Shown: positions 38,654-51,267 of the stretch, in pieces
Layout: every line of letters begins with the position of its first letter
Position numbering within the stretch: position 1 is the first letter of the stretch
Source: Lophium mytilinum
Taxonomy: Eukaryota
Length of the DNA stretch: 64,000 nt
Assembly: GCA_010093605.1 (NCBI GenBank)
Contig: MU004188.1
Span: 561,673-625,672 of the forward strand
Reading direction: 5' to 3'
Notes under the pieces: model-generated
What the model saw: only the letters and a program-made list of their open reading frames with translations
What the model was told of the DNA's origin: nothing
Database searches by the model: none
Position numbers and translations under genes: made by a program

Positions 38654-40061
38654 CTACCATCCGCCCAACGACGATCCCCGGCGCGACCTGGCACAATACT
38701 CGTTCTTCGAATCGTTGCTGACAATGCGACCCTCCATATTGAACCAATGAGCCGTGGAGTATTTCTCACCCCATAAGCCCACCTTCTTGTAGTACACTTC
38801 GATCGGGACAGCATCCGGTTCCAGACGGTTCCAGTTTCGCATCTTACTCAAGACGCTTTTGGCCCACTCTGCTGCTCTATCTTCACGTAAATATTGCGGT
38901 ACACCTCGCAATTCCAAGCAGTCCTTCTCGTTGAAAATGCTGAACCACACGTCCTCCTCGAACAGCAGGTCGTGGAAGAACTTATCAGAGTAGTCGCTAT
39001 CTTCTCCCAGCTCCGGAAAGTCAGCCAAGTCTACTTTGCGAGTCTCGTTGTAGGCGAAGCTGATTTGCTCTAGCTCCGGACATCCTTGGACCAGTTCTCG
39101 CATCGCGAAGGCCATGGTGTCAACGAGGCTCAGTTTCCCTCGCACGAAGAACTCGATGGATGGCTGCACCTCGAGGTTTCGCAGAGCTGGGCAATGGCGA
39201 GCGATATACCGGATTGACATCGCTTGCTTCTGTAGCAACGCGCCGGTCTTACGGCGACATGTGTGCAGGCCATGGGGCATCTCGGCTGCGTAGTTTTGGC
39301 CGAGCTCGTAAGTGAGGATTAGAGACGTTATGAAGCGGAAGGAGAACGGGGAGAGTGCCATGCGCTCATATTTCCTTTGCGTGTGAGTGAGGAACGTGGG
39401 CTTGCTTTTAGAATGGGAGCGCTTACGGTTCCTCGATCTCGTCGCCCCTTTTTCTCACATTCGCCCAGTTGTTGCGGTGAATCGCCCGGTTGGACAGCTG
39501 GAAACCGATCGCGACGGGGATCTTGCTGAACGTCTGGGAGTAGATATCTGCACAGAAGAACTTGTTGACGCATAGGAGGCCGAAGTACTCGGCGTCGTGG
39601 CCTGCGTATCTATCATGCTAGAAAGTGTGAGTAACTAGACAATCTTTCTTTACGGTTCAGTTCACTGGAAAGCTTACCAGCACGTCAACATTCTCCGAAT
39701 CTGTGCGGCCATCGACAATGCCCCTCCGGTCCTTGTACTCATCAAAAGTGTACTTCTGGATCTTGCACCCTAGGAAAGAGGTTTGGTAATGCTCGGGATG
39801 CCTATATCCTGGTGGCCCGAAATCTCCATCATTGGTTATTGGTATCCGGTAGTGTGCTTGATCTGTGCATTTCCCGTCTGGGCAGGTGTACCAGCCTCTA
39901 TGACCGTCGGGAATGCCGAGTTGGAAATATATTCGTAGTCGAATCTCGGGTGGTAATAGCTCGAGTCGCGATGCCTGGTATGGTTTTGTCGTTGGAACTA
40001 ACTCGTTATCTGCTACTGACTGTACTGCTCCTTGTCGAAGAACCTTAGCTCCGCGAGACAT
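38654..40061 (-). CDS. F-box-like protein, tandem paralog A (2 introns)
   Basis: SRLELLPPEIRLRIYFQL F-box-like motif, GLLCVNKFFCADIY and IRYIARHCPALRNLE. Introns at 39618-39677 and about 39375-39426. Confidence 0.8.
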
Positions 40062-40705
40062 CCTTTCGACAACCGTTATATTTTGGAGTAGAGGGGTGAT
40101 GGTGTGGTGTGCAAATGAAGGTGCAGAAAGCAAGTGAGTGCGTACAAGGTGTAGGAGCAGGAATTTATAGAGTTGGCAGACTCCCAAAATACACCCTCGA
40201 TGTCGAGTGCTGAAAGAGTGGATTTCGGGCGCTAACTACGCAAATTGAAGTGAATGTTGAAGGGCGAGAGATGTCGACTGGACAACGGCATAGCAGCCTC
40301 TGTGTGATATGAGGATACTGTTAGGCGCGTTGCCAGGGCAGATAGCAATACAACATTCGGCCTTCCCATCACCTGACTTAGTCACTTAAAAGTTTTCTCG
40401 TCATGTAGATGACCTTTACATAAGAATGGAAACACGGTGAGTTGGGCTACGTGATATGCTCTAGCCAATCAGCACCAGATAAAACGGTGCCGAGAGAGAT
40501 AGTACACATGAGAAATGACATCGTACTGGTAGCAAAAAAGGGGATTGGACGTATGGCACTGATTAGGGTAGGCTACTCGGTTGGCTGTATTGACTTGTCT
40601 TGTCAGCTAAAGCTATTTCGTGAACCTAAGCTATTTCTCATTCTCCGCCGCACATTCTCCGCCGCACTCATTACCGCTACCCCGTCCAAATTGAGTCCTT
40701 AGCTT

Positions 40706-42045
40706 TTAAACTATATAATACGTTGGATTGTTAGGACCCGTCATTTTGTTTTCTGGAGACCAAAAATCATGAGACCAGTCCAGCGTAGAGAAAGTCTCGG
40801 CATAGCTCTCATAAGAGCAGCTGTGCAACCAGAAGATGTTCGCCTTATACGGCGGGACCAGGTCTGAGGCTTGGAGGGTATGCTTTCGGATCTTGACCAG
40901 AGCGCCCTTAACCCACTCGCGCACCGCATCTTCTCGCATTTCCTGTGGAATGTCTCGCACATCTAAGCAGTCCTGAGCCTTGAGCCTTCTGAACCAATTG
41001 TCATCTCCGAACAAGAGATCATGGAAGAAATTGCTCTGATGCGACTGCTCCCTATCCGCAATCTCTGGATAGTCGGAGAGGCTGACCTTCTTCGTCTCGC
41101 TGTACGTGAGAGCTATTTTCTTTAGTCCAGGGCATCCAAAGACTAGTTCCTGCATAGCGAAGGCCATGACATCGAAGACACCAATCTTACACCTCTCAAT
41201 GCCTCTGACCAGCGGGAGGATTTCTAGTTCTCTGAGTGCCGGGCAATGGCAGGCGATGTATCGGATGGAGGAAGCTTGTTTGGTCAAGTAAGAGCCCCAT
41301 CGTTTACAGTATACTAGGGGTCGGTGCGGCATCTGGGACTCGTAGCCCATACCGATCTCGTGGCTGAGGATGATGGTGCTCATGAAACGGAACGGGAAGG
41401 GAGACAGCTTCATGTGCTCCCAGGAGCTAATGCAAGTCAGTGAATAGCTCGTCGTAATGCAAGTGAACAGAAGTCTTACTATTTTTTGTAATAATCGTCA
41501 CTGGTTCTCCCCGGCGTTCCAGGGTGCTGCTTCTGCCAGTTGTTCAAATGGATCGGCCTGCTCGAGAGCTCAAACTGGAACTTCGTTGGAATGCTATTGT
41601 ACACCAACGTGTAGACATCCGCGCAGAAGAACTTGTTCGTGCCTAAGAGCCCACGATACCCACGATACGTCTCGTTATCCATATGGGCAATATCCCCCTC
41701 GACCATAGGTATGAAGACATCATAATTATGAAACCAGTACTGCGTGATCTGGATTTGTGAGAACGGGGGTTGATGATGACCGTGATGGTGGGTAGTTCCG
41801 CGGTTACCGGTGCCCAAGGGTTGCTTGTAGTGCGACGAATCAGTGCAATCCCAGTTCTGGCACTTAATCCAGCCTTTCCCCGTATTCGCAATACTAAGGA
41901 ACAAGTAGACGCGTTGCCGGATTTCGGCTGGCAAGGACTCCAGTCGCGATGCCCGGTATGGCTTTCTCTTCGGAGCCATGACCATCTCGTCTTCTGCCAC
42001 TGAGTGAACTGCGCCTTGTCGGGGAACCTTAGCTCCGCGAGCCAT
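40706..42045 (-). CDS. F-box-like protein, tandem paralog B (1 intron)
   Basis: SRLESLPAEIRQRVYLFL, GLLGTNKFFCADVY and IRYIACHCPALRELE; colinear with paralog A. Intron at about 41427-41479. Confidence 0.8.
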
Positions 42046-43195
42046 CCTTCAGCGATTTTGGAGATGGGATTTCGAGATTCTTGATGGGGTGGCGTCGAGG
42101 GGGTGGTGGTGGGGGGCAAGTGCAGAGGAGTTTAGGACAGAAAGTGGAGAGCTTCGAAGTACGGTAGTGAGAATTTATAGAGGCCGTGAGCTTCCCAAAC
42201 ATACACAACGTCTTACCCGGCGCGGCAAGTACTGGCTACGTAAGAAGCAGTGAATATCTAGGGGCTGAGGCACATCAACCAGACAACGGAATGCTAGTCT
42301 TCGAGTGCTATAGGGTTAATGATAGGAGCTATGAGCTCGATATTAGCGGATTACTGGAACAGAAATTCCCTCGTCGCTTACGACACTGCTTGAAAAACTT
42401 CAAGAACCTTTGGAAAGCCCAAGAGGTACTTGAATTTGCCCGCGGCCTAACCCTGAAGTATTACCGGGCCACCTCAGGCGATGTCAAGCATATGTACATG
42501 GATTGCAAATGTATTCCACCCTTCTGTCTTTCTGTCAGTATAACGTTACACCACAAGCTATAATACAAAGGTGTAAGGAGATTTCCTCCTGATACTGCAG
42601 AATATAACCATAGAGCCCAACCAGATGTCAGAGATCTTTACAGTCCGTAGGTTGAGTTTATATGCAATACGTTTCGCATGAGATGAAGCTGCTGTACCGT
42701 AACAGAGCAATCAAGAGGCTCGAAGATAGAGCGTGATTACACTCCCTCCAGAGTGATACGGAAGGGATCATCTTGATAAGGGCGAGCTGAGAGGATGATT
42801 CGAAATTACTAGCAAGGAGAAGTTCTCCTATTCGAAAGTGGAAATATAGCGTTCGAGCCATCGGGCTTGACTGTTGAATGCTTCCAGACAAAGTCTAGAA
42901 ATGTCAGGGACCTGACGCCTTTCATCTAGCCCCGCAAACACTAAACTACCTCAGCATAAATCTGTGTACGTTTGTCTACATCTGCTTGAAGTCAGAAATC
43001 ATCGTTTTTAACAAGTAAAACGCCCTGTAGCACCCCGAACAATCGCCGAAGATTGTATACGAGTTGATGACGAAGCATTGTATTTAAATGGTTAATGGAT
43101 ACTTCTCAAGCTATGGATAGCTTCTGTCGCTATTGCGAGGCTTGGTATGAAAGTGGAGTTAATCTATGGGTTACACTACAGTTACTCAGCATCAC

Positions 43196-43840
43196 TTATC
43201 TTTCAGGCTCTCGCCGCGCTCGCCACTCATCGAGTGCCTCATCCGCCGTTTGCGGAGCTGTCTCTATGCATCTCTCTCCAACAAGCGCCCATGTCCTCGC
43301 CCGTATTATGTTTTCCACGCTCCTCTCATTGCGTAATAAACTCGCTAGGATCTCCGTCCTTGCCTCTCTTGGAAAATACCGAGCACTGTACGGATCCAAG
43401 CGCTCATTAACCACCCTCTCTCTTGCGTGTGCGGATTCCACTTGGCGTAATATAGAATCCGGATCGTCGGGGTCTGGAGACGTTGCAACGCTGGCACAGT
43501 ATGTCAAGACATCCGATCGCGTCTGCCATGATGGAAAAAGGACCTTGTCCTTGAATGTTCGGCACGACCTTGAATCTATCGGCCGTTTCGATTGCGTCCG
43601 GGTCTGGCGCGAAGAGGTGGAGGATGGGTCGAAGCCTTCGCTCGCTGGTGTGAGTAGCGCATTTAGGTTTTGTGCGATTGAGTCGTCTATCGTGGATCGT
43701 GATATTCGAAGAAAATCTACCCTTGAAGCATTACTCAGTGGTCGGACCTGAGGATCGGGTGATATTTGCTTACCTCGTAGGGCCGTTTGGTTGAAGCAGA
43801 ACTGCGGAGTCAATCGCGGCTCGTCTAGTGGCTTCGCCAT
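43196..43840 (-). CDS. MIX23: Mitochondrial intermembrane-space protein Mix23 / Cid2 (CCDC58 family), 1 intron
   Basis: LTPQFCF..LR|DFLRISRSTIDDSIAQNLN, C..FKDKVLFPSWQTRSDVLTYC, RLDPYSAR and ERSVENIIRARTW...ERC. Confidence 0.92.
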   Translation of the reverse strand: MAKPLDEPRLTPQFCFNQTALRGKQISPDPQVRPLSNASRVDFLRISRSTIDDSIAQNLNALLTPASEGFDPSSTSSRQTRTQSKRPIDSRSCRTFKDKVLFPSWQTRSDVLTYCASVATSPDPDDPDSILRQVESAHARERVVNERLDPYSARYFPREARTEILASLLRNERSVENIIRARTWALVGERCIETAPQTADEALDEWRARREPER

Positions 43841-44116
43841 GGTAGTCTTATGAGTCTTCTCGTCGTCTGCGGCAGGGTGCTCGCCGGCTGGGGCAGCTTG
43901 TCGCCGCCAGAGAATCTCCGCCAGTATCGTGATGACGTAAGGTGACTATTAACGGGATGGGAACGTATGTATCTGGGAATGTGAGGAACGATGGTAGATG
44001 CAATATTCTTGGTGGAAGAGGATATAGTGAATCAGTGGCGGCCGTGATGTATGATGCCGATAGTCCTTGGTGTTGAGGTCCCCCAGTCGGGGATCGCCGC
44101 CTAAAGTCCGACATCA

Positions 44117-44140
44117 TCGCGTCCAACGCGCCTTCGCGTT
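44117..44140. promoter_or_regulatory. Three MCB-like cores upstream of CDC9
   Basis: TCGCGT, AACGCG and TTCGCGTT clustered within 24 bp. Confidence 0.55.
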
Positions 44141-44171
44141 TCTATTCACCGTTGATCTCCCCGCTCTGGTT

Positions 44172-47100
44172 ATGCTGTTGACCTTACCGTGTACACCTCA
44201 TGCCGCATTGAAACCGTCACGGCTCCTGTTTTTACGCCCGTCTCTGCTCATCAACAGTATCATTCCACTCTCTTCATCCCGCGCAGCATCCCGTACACCA
44301 TCACCTGTACATTATTGTCTGTACCATTCTCCGGCCATGCCTCCGAAGCAGGCCACCCTCGGGTATGTTAGGCCATCTCAGACTACTTTAGGGTGCGGTT
44401 CAAGCTGTCATCCCAAGTGTACGCCATTGGATCACATCGCTAACCCGTCAATAGCAAGTTCTTTGGCCGCACTGACGGAACCAAGCCTACCCCTCAGCAG
44501 TCAAAGCTCTCCTTCTCAACCAAATTGAAGAAAACCACTCCAAATGAAGAGACCAATGGAGACGGTAATGCTCAGGCAGAGGAGGAGCCTACTGCAGGAT
44601 CACCAGCAAGATCAGGATCAGACGGCGATGCGCTGATGGTAGATGCGGATGAGTCGGTGAAGAAGACGGCCAATGGCACCCATGCCTCACCTGATGTAGA
44701 AGACTCGGATAAAGCCGGTATGTTTTAGTCGTTGCTAGACAACTCGCTTTTCGCTCACTAAACACCACTGCTCCCTTCTCTTATCCTCATCACTGACACA
44801 ATGCGATTACGATCAGGCAAAGACAAAGGCGACGAGATATCAAGCGAGAACTGGAAGAAGCGCCCAGCCAAGGAGGAAGAGTCTTCTGAAGACGAACCAC
44901 CAGTTAAGAAGCAGCGTAGAAAAGCCAAGCCTCAATCAAGCTCCAACCCGAAGACGAAACCCAAACCAGCCAACCCAAAATCCACTCCAGCGAAACAGAA
45001 GCTGAAGCCAACCGGAGCGCCTGCAGTGCTGAATGGCAAAGCAAAGCAAGAGCCCAAGGAAGAGAGCGAAGACGACGAGGATGTCAAGGTGAAGCCTGAG
45101 GGTCTAGCGTCTAAAAAGACCTCGCCCAAGGATAAGGCAGAGGACGCAGAGGACGTGAGGGTGAAGCCGAAGGTTTCGGCATCCAAAAAGAGTCCTGTCA
45201 AAAAGGAGCCAGAGGAAGAGAAGGAACCTGTGAATGAATCAGAGCCCGAGGAAGAATCTTCAGACGAAGATGAGAAGCCAGAAGTCGCCGCCAAGGCTCG
45301 ACAGAAGGTTCAATCGACGCTCACAGCTACTGGAAAGGATCCGTATCCAGACTGGAAAGCTGGAGATCCCGTGCCATACGCTGCTCTCTGTACCACTTTC
45401 TCCAAGATTGAGATGACGACAAAACGACTCGAGATCCAGGCCCATTGTTCGCTCTTCCTACGCCAAGTCCTGCGTCTGACTCCAACAGACTTGCTACCAA
45501 CTATTTTACTCATGATCAACAAACTGGCGGCAGATTTTGCTGGTGTTGAGCTAGGCATTGGAGAGTCATTGATTATGAAGGCCATTGGCGAAAGCACTGG
45601 CAGGAGCCTTGCTGTCATCAAGACAGATCAAAACGAGATCGGTGACCTTGGACTAGTTGCAGCGAAGAGTAGGTCGAACCAAGGGACACTCTTCAAACCG
45701 AAGGCTCTCACCGTCAGAGGTGTGCACGAAGGCCTGATGGCTATCGCTACGATCGAAGGACAGGGGTCGCAGAGCAACAAGGTCGCGGGTATCAAGAAGC
45801 TACTCTCTGCGGCTGACGCTCATCTCACTGGAAAAGGCAGCAAGGGCGTTGATATCACGAAGGACAAGGGTGGTCCCAGTGAGGCAAAATTCATTGTTCG
45901 AACTCTAGAGGGCAAATTGAGGTTAGGTCTGGCCGAGAAGACGGTACTCATTTCACTGTCACAGGCCATGGTCTTCCATGAGACAACATCCAAGGGAAAC
46001 AAGATTCCTTCGACCGACAAATTGGCCAAGGGCGAGAAGACTCTGAAGTCTGTCTATAGTGAGCTGCCCAGCTACGAAGTCATCATCCCAGCGATGCTAG
46101 AACACGGCCTGGATAATCTCCCGGATAATTGCAAACTTCAGCCCGGCGTTCCGTTAAAGCCTATGCTTGCGAAGCCGACAAAATCTATTACCGAGGTTCT
46201 TGATCGATTCGATGGAAAGCAATTTACCTGCGAGTACAAATACGACGGAGAGAGAGCTCAAATACATTTCGTGGCGCACGACACTGCTCAAGAGTATGCG
46301 ACCGCAACCGCCATCTCATCCGCTGGAAAGAGTTCAAAGGGTATTGCAAATATCTTCTCCCGCAACTCTGAGGACCTTTCCAAAAAGTATCCGGATATCC
46401 TAGGAAAGCTACCAAGTTGGGTCAAGGATGGGACAAAGAGCTTCGTCCTTGACTGTGAGACGGTGGCATGGGATATGGTTGAAAAGAAGGTGCTGCCGTT
46501 CCAGCAGTTGATGACTCGGAAACGGAAAGACGTTAAGACGGAGGAGATCAAGGTCAAGGTTTGCGTTTTTGCCTTCGATATGCTGTTCCTCAATGGCGAG
46601 GTATGTGACATCTTCCAAAAGCGAGACTACCAGACTGACACACAAGTAGCCTCTTGTCAACAAAGCGTTCCGGGAGCGTAGAGAACTCCTTCACGCTTCG
46701 TTCGTCGAAACCGAGGGCGAATTCGCTTTTGCTAAGTTCGGCGACAGCAACGAGCTAGAGGAGATTCAGGTCCTCCTCGAAGACAGCGTGAAGTCAGGAT
46801 GCGAAGGTCTGATGGTCAAGATGTTGGATGGACCGGAGAGTAGCTATGAGCCTAGCAAGCGCAGTCAAAATTGGCTAAAAGTACGATTCCTCCACCACTT
46901 ATTTCGGCTTTTCACGTATACTAATCAACCCTTCAAACAGGTCAAGAAAGACTACCTCGCTGGTGTGGGCGACTCACTCGACCTCGTCGTTTTAGGAGCC
47001 TACTACGGCAAGGGCAAGCGCACTTCCTGGTACGGCGCCTTCCTCCTCGCGTGCTACAACCCATCTACCCAGCTCTACGAATCCGTCTGTAACATCGGCA

Positions 47101-47477
47101 CCGGTTTCTCCGAAGCCATCCTCGAAGAACTGCACACCGAGCTCAGCCAGATTGTCATCGAGCGTCCAAAACCCTTCTACTCGCATTCTGCCGGCAACAA
47201 GGACCAGCCTGACGTCTGGTTTGAGCCACGCGAGGTGTGGGAGATCAAGACGGCCGACCTCACGCTCTCGCCGCGGTACAAGGCGGCTGCGGACCAGCTG
47301 GGTGGAAGTAATGGCGGGAAGGGGATTAGTCTGAGGTTCCCGCGATTCATTAAGCGCCGGGACGACAAGAAGCCAGATCAGGCGACCAGTAGTCGGATGG
47401 TGGCTGAGATGTATCAGAAGCAAGAGAGCGTGGGTGGGAAGAAGGGACCGGCTGTTGATGATGACTTCGAATATTAG
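44172..47477 (+). CDS. CDC9: DNA ligase I, 4 introns; two in-frame ATGs (44172 and 44337)
   Basis: VPYAALC, PLKPMLAKP, adenylation motif CEYKYDGERAQIH, CEGLMVK, WLK|VKKDYL and ISLRFPRFIKRRDDK. Confidence 0.98.
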
Positions 47478-48243
47478 GGTGTACCCGACGGTGGACAGGT
47501 ATGGGTGCTAAGGAAAGGGGCACGGTGAACAAGAAAACTAGTGGAGTCTACGGGATATGCATGCATCTGTTGTTAAGGTGGGCGGATTTGTTTTGCGAGC
47601 GCTTCGTATGCTACTGCGGCTTACCGCGATGGCGCATCTGAGAATTAGGCTGTGGTTCTAGTTAATGTAAATTACGTGATAGATGCGATGTCTTCACTCT
47701 TTCCATGGCTTCTCATGTGGCTGTATTTCAAATGCCAATGGGAGATATATCAGTCAACTTTTACGTCCAGTTTCCATTCTTTTGAGTATTATGGGGAGTG
47801 CTACGAACATCCTCCGGCTCGAGTCTTGCTCGCTGAACACCACTGTCAGGGGCAGCCCAGCTGTGAGGTGCGCAGTAAGGAAGGAGGTAGCCCGATATCC
47901 ACGGCACCAACCGTTACATCGTGTACGGAATTTTTGATAGCGTACGGGGGCAGCTCAAACAGTGGTAGAAGAATGTGCACAGACTTGTGGCAAGGTACCG
48001 TGTTGGATGTTTCAGAATACAGTTGATGGTATGTTGACTGCTACTTTTCGTTCAACGAACCTTTGACTCGGGCCCCTCACCTCCATAGCAGTAACCTGAA
48101 GTCACTTCTGTAAGGACTTGCAATGGTTGTGTGCACACTCTCGACCACCTTCTCAACAGAAGCCGTCACTCAGGTAGCTGCAGCCGTTGGTGTATGAACA
48201 TGGTCTGGTTCCATATACCCTTTAAGTTTGTGAGTGTATAATG

Positions 48244-50788
48244 CTAACCGAGCAACCCCGACGCCATCGCCTCCAAATCCTCCAATGTCTGTGGCTGCTC
48301 CACAACCGTCCCCTTCCCCTTCTTCCCTCTCTTCCGTACCCGCTCACCCGCCTCCTCATCGCTCTCGTCCTCAAACCACTTCTTCGGTCTCTTCGCAGGC
48401 GGTGGACTCGCATCTTTCTCCTGGGCAGCATCGTACACGTCCTGCGTAACATCCAAGAACGCGTTGAACGCATCCTCATTCGCCGCCCCGTCAAGCTCAA
48501 CACCACCATCGCTCTCCTCAGCCTCCTCAGCTTCAGCCTCAGCCGCCCTCCTCTTTTTCTTTTCTTTCTTAGCCTTCTTCCGTGCACGCTCGACTTCTTT
48601 ATCGCCCACATCTTCCTTGAGCACGCGCTCTCTTTCTGTCTCCAAGAAGCGCTGTCTCTGCTCCTCTGCCTCGCCCTTCGCTTTGAACGCGTCTTCGTCT
48701 TCGAGCTCGTAGACCTCGTGAGCGTTGCCTTCGTCGTCGAAGAGAATCTTTGAACCCCTGTTCTTCAGCTTGAGCATCTTCTTCTTCGATTTGAGGAGCT
48801 TCTCCCGGCGCTTGCTGTCCAATATGAGAGGCGTGACGGCGCCAGGAAGATCGACAACCTTGTGCTTAGGCCCAGTCTCATCCTCACTATCATCATCTAG
48901 CTCCGAGAGCTGTTCGTCAATGGGGATGCGGCGTTTGACAGAGAGGAAGTCGTCATCGTCGACGGCTGCGGTGGTGGCTTGCGACTCGGATTTATTCTCG
49001 TCGTCCTCGGTTCTGATGAGTTTCGTATAGTGGTCCGTGAAGACGTCTTGATTGGTTCTCTCAAACATGCGATCGTGCTTCGTTCGCACGCCATCCTTGC
49101 TCTTCGGTAGTTTCTTCGCCGCGCCGTCCGCCTCTTCTTCGTCTTCGGAGTCCGAAAGCGCATGGCGTGGAGCGTTCTTCCGGTCCTTGACATTCTCGCC
49201 CTTCATGAACTTGATGTGAGGCGCACCCGGCAATCCTAAGCTAGCCGCGAATTCTTCGAGATCGTACTCGGAGAGTTTGAAGACGGCTTTGTCGTGTTGG
49301 AGATACAAACTTCGGACGTATGACACGAATGCTTTCTGACCGAGGTATTTCAGCTGGGGATCTTTGAAGCACATATTTTGGAGTTGACTCTTCAGTGTTT
49401 GGAGCTTCTTTTGGCGGATGTTGATTCGCTCGATTGGAACTTTCTTTTGCATCAGACGCTCTAACATCGCTTCCTCCTCGCTTGGCGCGAGAAAGAGGAC
49501 AGCTTTACCGTCGCGTTCGTACCTTGCGGTTCGTCCTACGCGATGGATGTAAGTATCGACATCCTCAGGGCAATCTACTTGAACCACCCAGTCGACTGCT
49601 GGGAAGTCGAGACCCCTCGCGGCGACATCGGTAGCAAAGAGGCATGAGTTCTTGGATGCGGAGAACTTGTGTGTGATTTCCATCCTGACTGTCTGTTTTT
49701 GGGAGCCATGAAGATGGAGGAGGGGGATTCCGGGCTGCATATGTCGGAATGAATCGTACACAAAGCTAGGAAAGGTTAGATAAGACTCTCCAGTCAACGG
49801 ACGACCGACTTACCGAACTTGTTTCGCAGAAGAGAGAAACACTAAAATCTTCTGCTTCTTACTCGCCTGTATAAAACTCCAAAGCGTATCTATCTTCTCA
49901 TGAAGCGGCGTAATAACATAATTTTGCTGAAGCGACTTCGGAGTAGCAGCCGCCGCTCCCTCGTCGACAGAAACATACTCCGGGTCCTTCAAACTCAATC
50001 GTGCCAGATCCTGTACCCGCCGTGATTGCGTAGCCGAAAACAGCAGTGTCTGACGCTCTTTTGGGAGGTATTCTACAATAGCGTCCACATCTCGCTGGAA
50101 GCCCATGTCAAGGATCCGATCCGCCTCGTCTAGCACTAGCATCCTTAGATTGTCGACATCGAACCCCGCTGTCTGAGACAAATGTTGCAACAAGCGACCC
50201 GGCGTCGCAACGACAATATTCATACGCGCGAGCGCGGCTTGCTCTTCCGCAAGACTCTTTCCTCCAATTACTAAGCCAGCAGCAAACATGTGGCCCTTGG
50301 ATCCGATCCTTCGGAGGACGTCGAAAATTTGGGTTGCGAGCTCTCGAGTGGGCGAGAGGATTATACCCGCCAGTCCGGCGTCTACACCAACACATTGGGC
50401 ACGGTAAAGGTTTTCAAGCAATGGGACTAGAAAGGCTAGCGTTTTCCCCTGGCCGGTCTTCGCGGCGCCTAGCAGGTCTTTGCCCTTGAGGATATATGGA
50501 ATCGATTTGGCTTGGATGTCGGTCATGACGGAGAAGTGGGCAGCTTTGAGGCCGGCGCGAGTGAAGTCGGAGAGCGGGAGTTCTTTGAAGTCTTTCGACG
50601 TGCTGGTTTTGGGGTCCTAGAATATTGTGAGCGCGAGTATACAGGATTATATAGGATTCATGGTATACCAGTTCTGCCACCTTCTGCTCCAGCGCCTCGA
50701 TGTCGCCATGGTCGCGCTTCCGTTTCTGCGTGCCCAGCTGCTTCTTTGGTTTGGTGGGCCTCGTGCGGCCGGTGACTGTGGGCGCCAT
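48244..50788 (-). CDS. DBP4: DEAD-box RNA helicase Dbp4/DDX10, 2 introns
   Basis: [63 protein letters not shown] and ASLGLPGAP. Confidence 0.95.
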
Positions 50789-51267
50789 TCTCAACACATG
50801 GAGAGAGTGTAGTGTTGGAGTTTGAGGTCGGAATAAATTTCATGCACGGGCCAGTCGGAAAAGTGGGTCTAGTTTTCGTCCCTCTTGTTGCGGGGCGGGA
50901 TCCCTTGAATATTAAGTGGTAGTCTACGAATATTTGCGAAGTTAATATCCTATTTTAACGTAAACCCTATCTCTGGGCTTGTATAAACATGCCTAGCCCG
51001 GCCTGACGTCCCCGGGTAGATTATCAAGAATTGCTAAACAACTGTTTCGGCAAGCCGACAGCTGTCCGGGTCACCCCAAACAGTGCTAGTTAGACTGCCA
51101 CTTTACCTTCTAGCCTGCGGGGCCCTCCATCAACACACCTGCAGCCTTGCCATGCTGTGCTTCCTCGACATTTTGTGAGAGGGCCTTCACTACTCACCTT
51201 CCTCGAGCTTACAAGCCCACTTCATTCATTCAACCTCACTCACAAGAAACTGCACATCGCCACCACA

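Noticed and set aside
40638..40670. CATTCTCCGCCGCA duplicated in the 3' region of paralog B; also the (CGA)7 microsatellite at about 56681 and (GA)n at about 6942
   Set aside because: These look like ordinary slippage repeats with no evidence of function.
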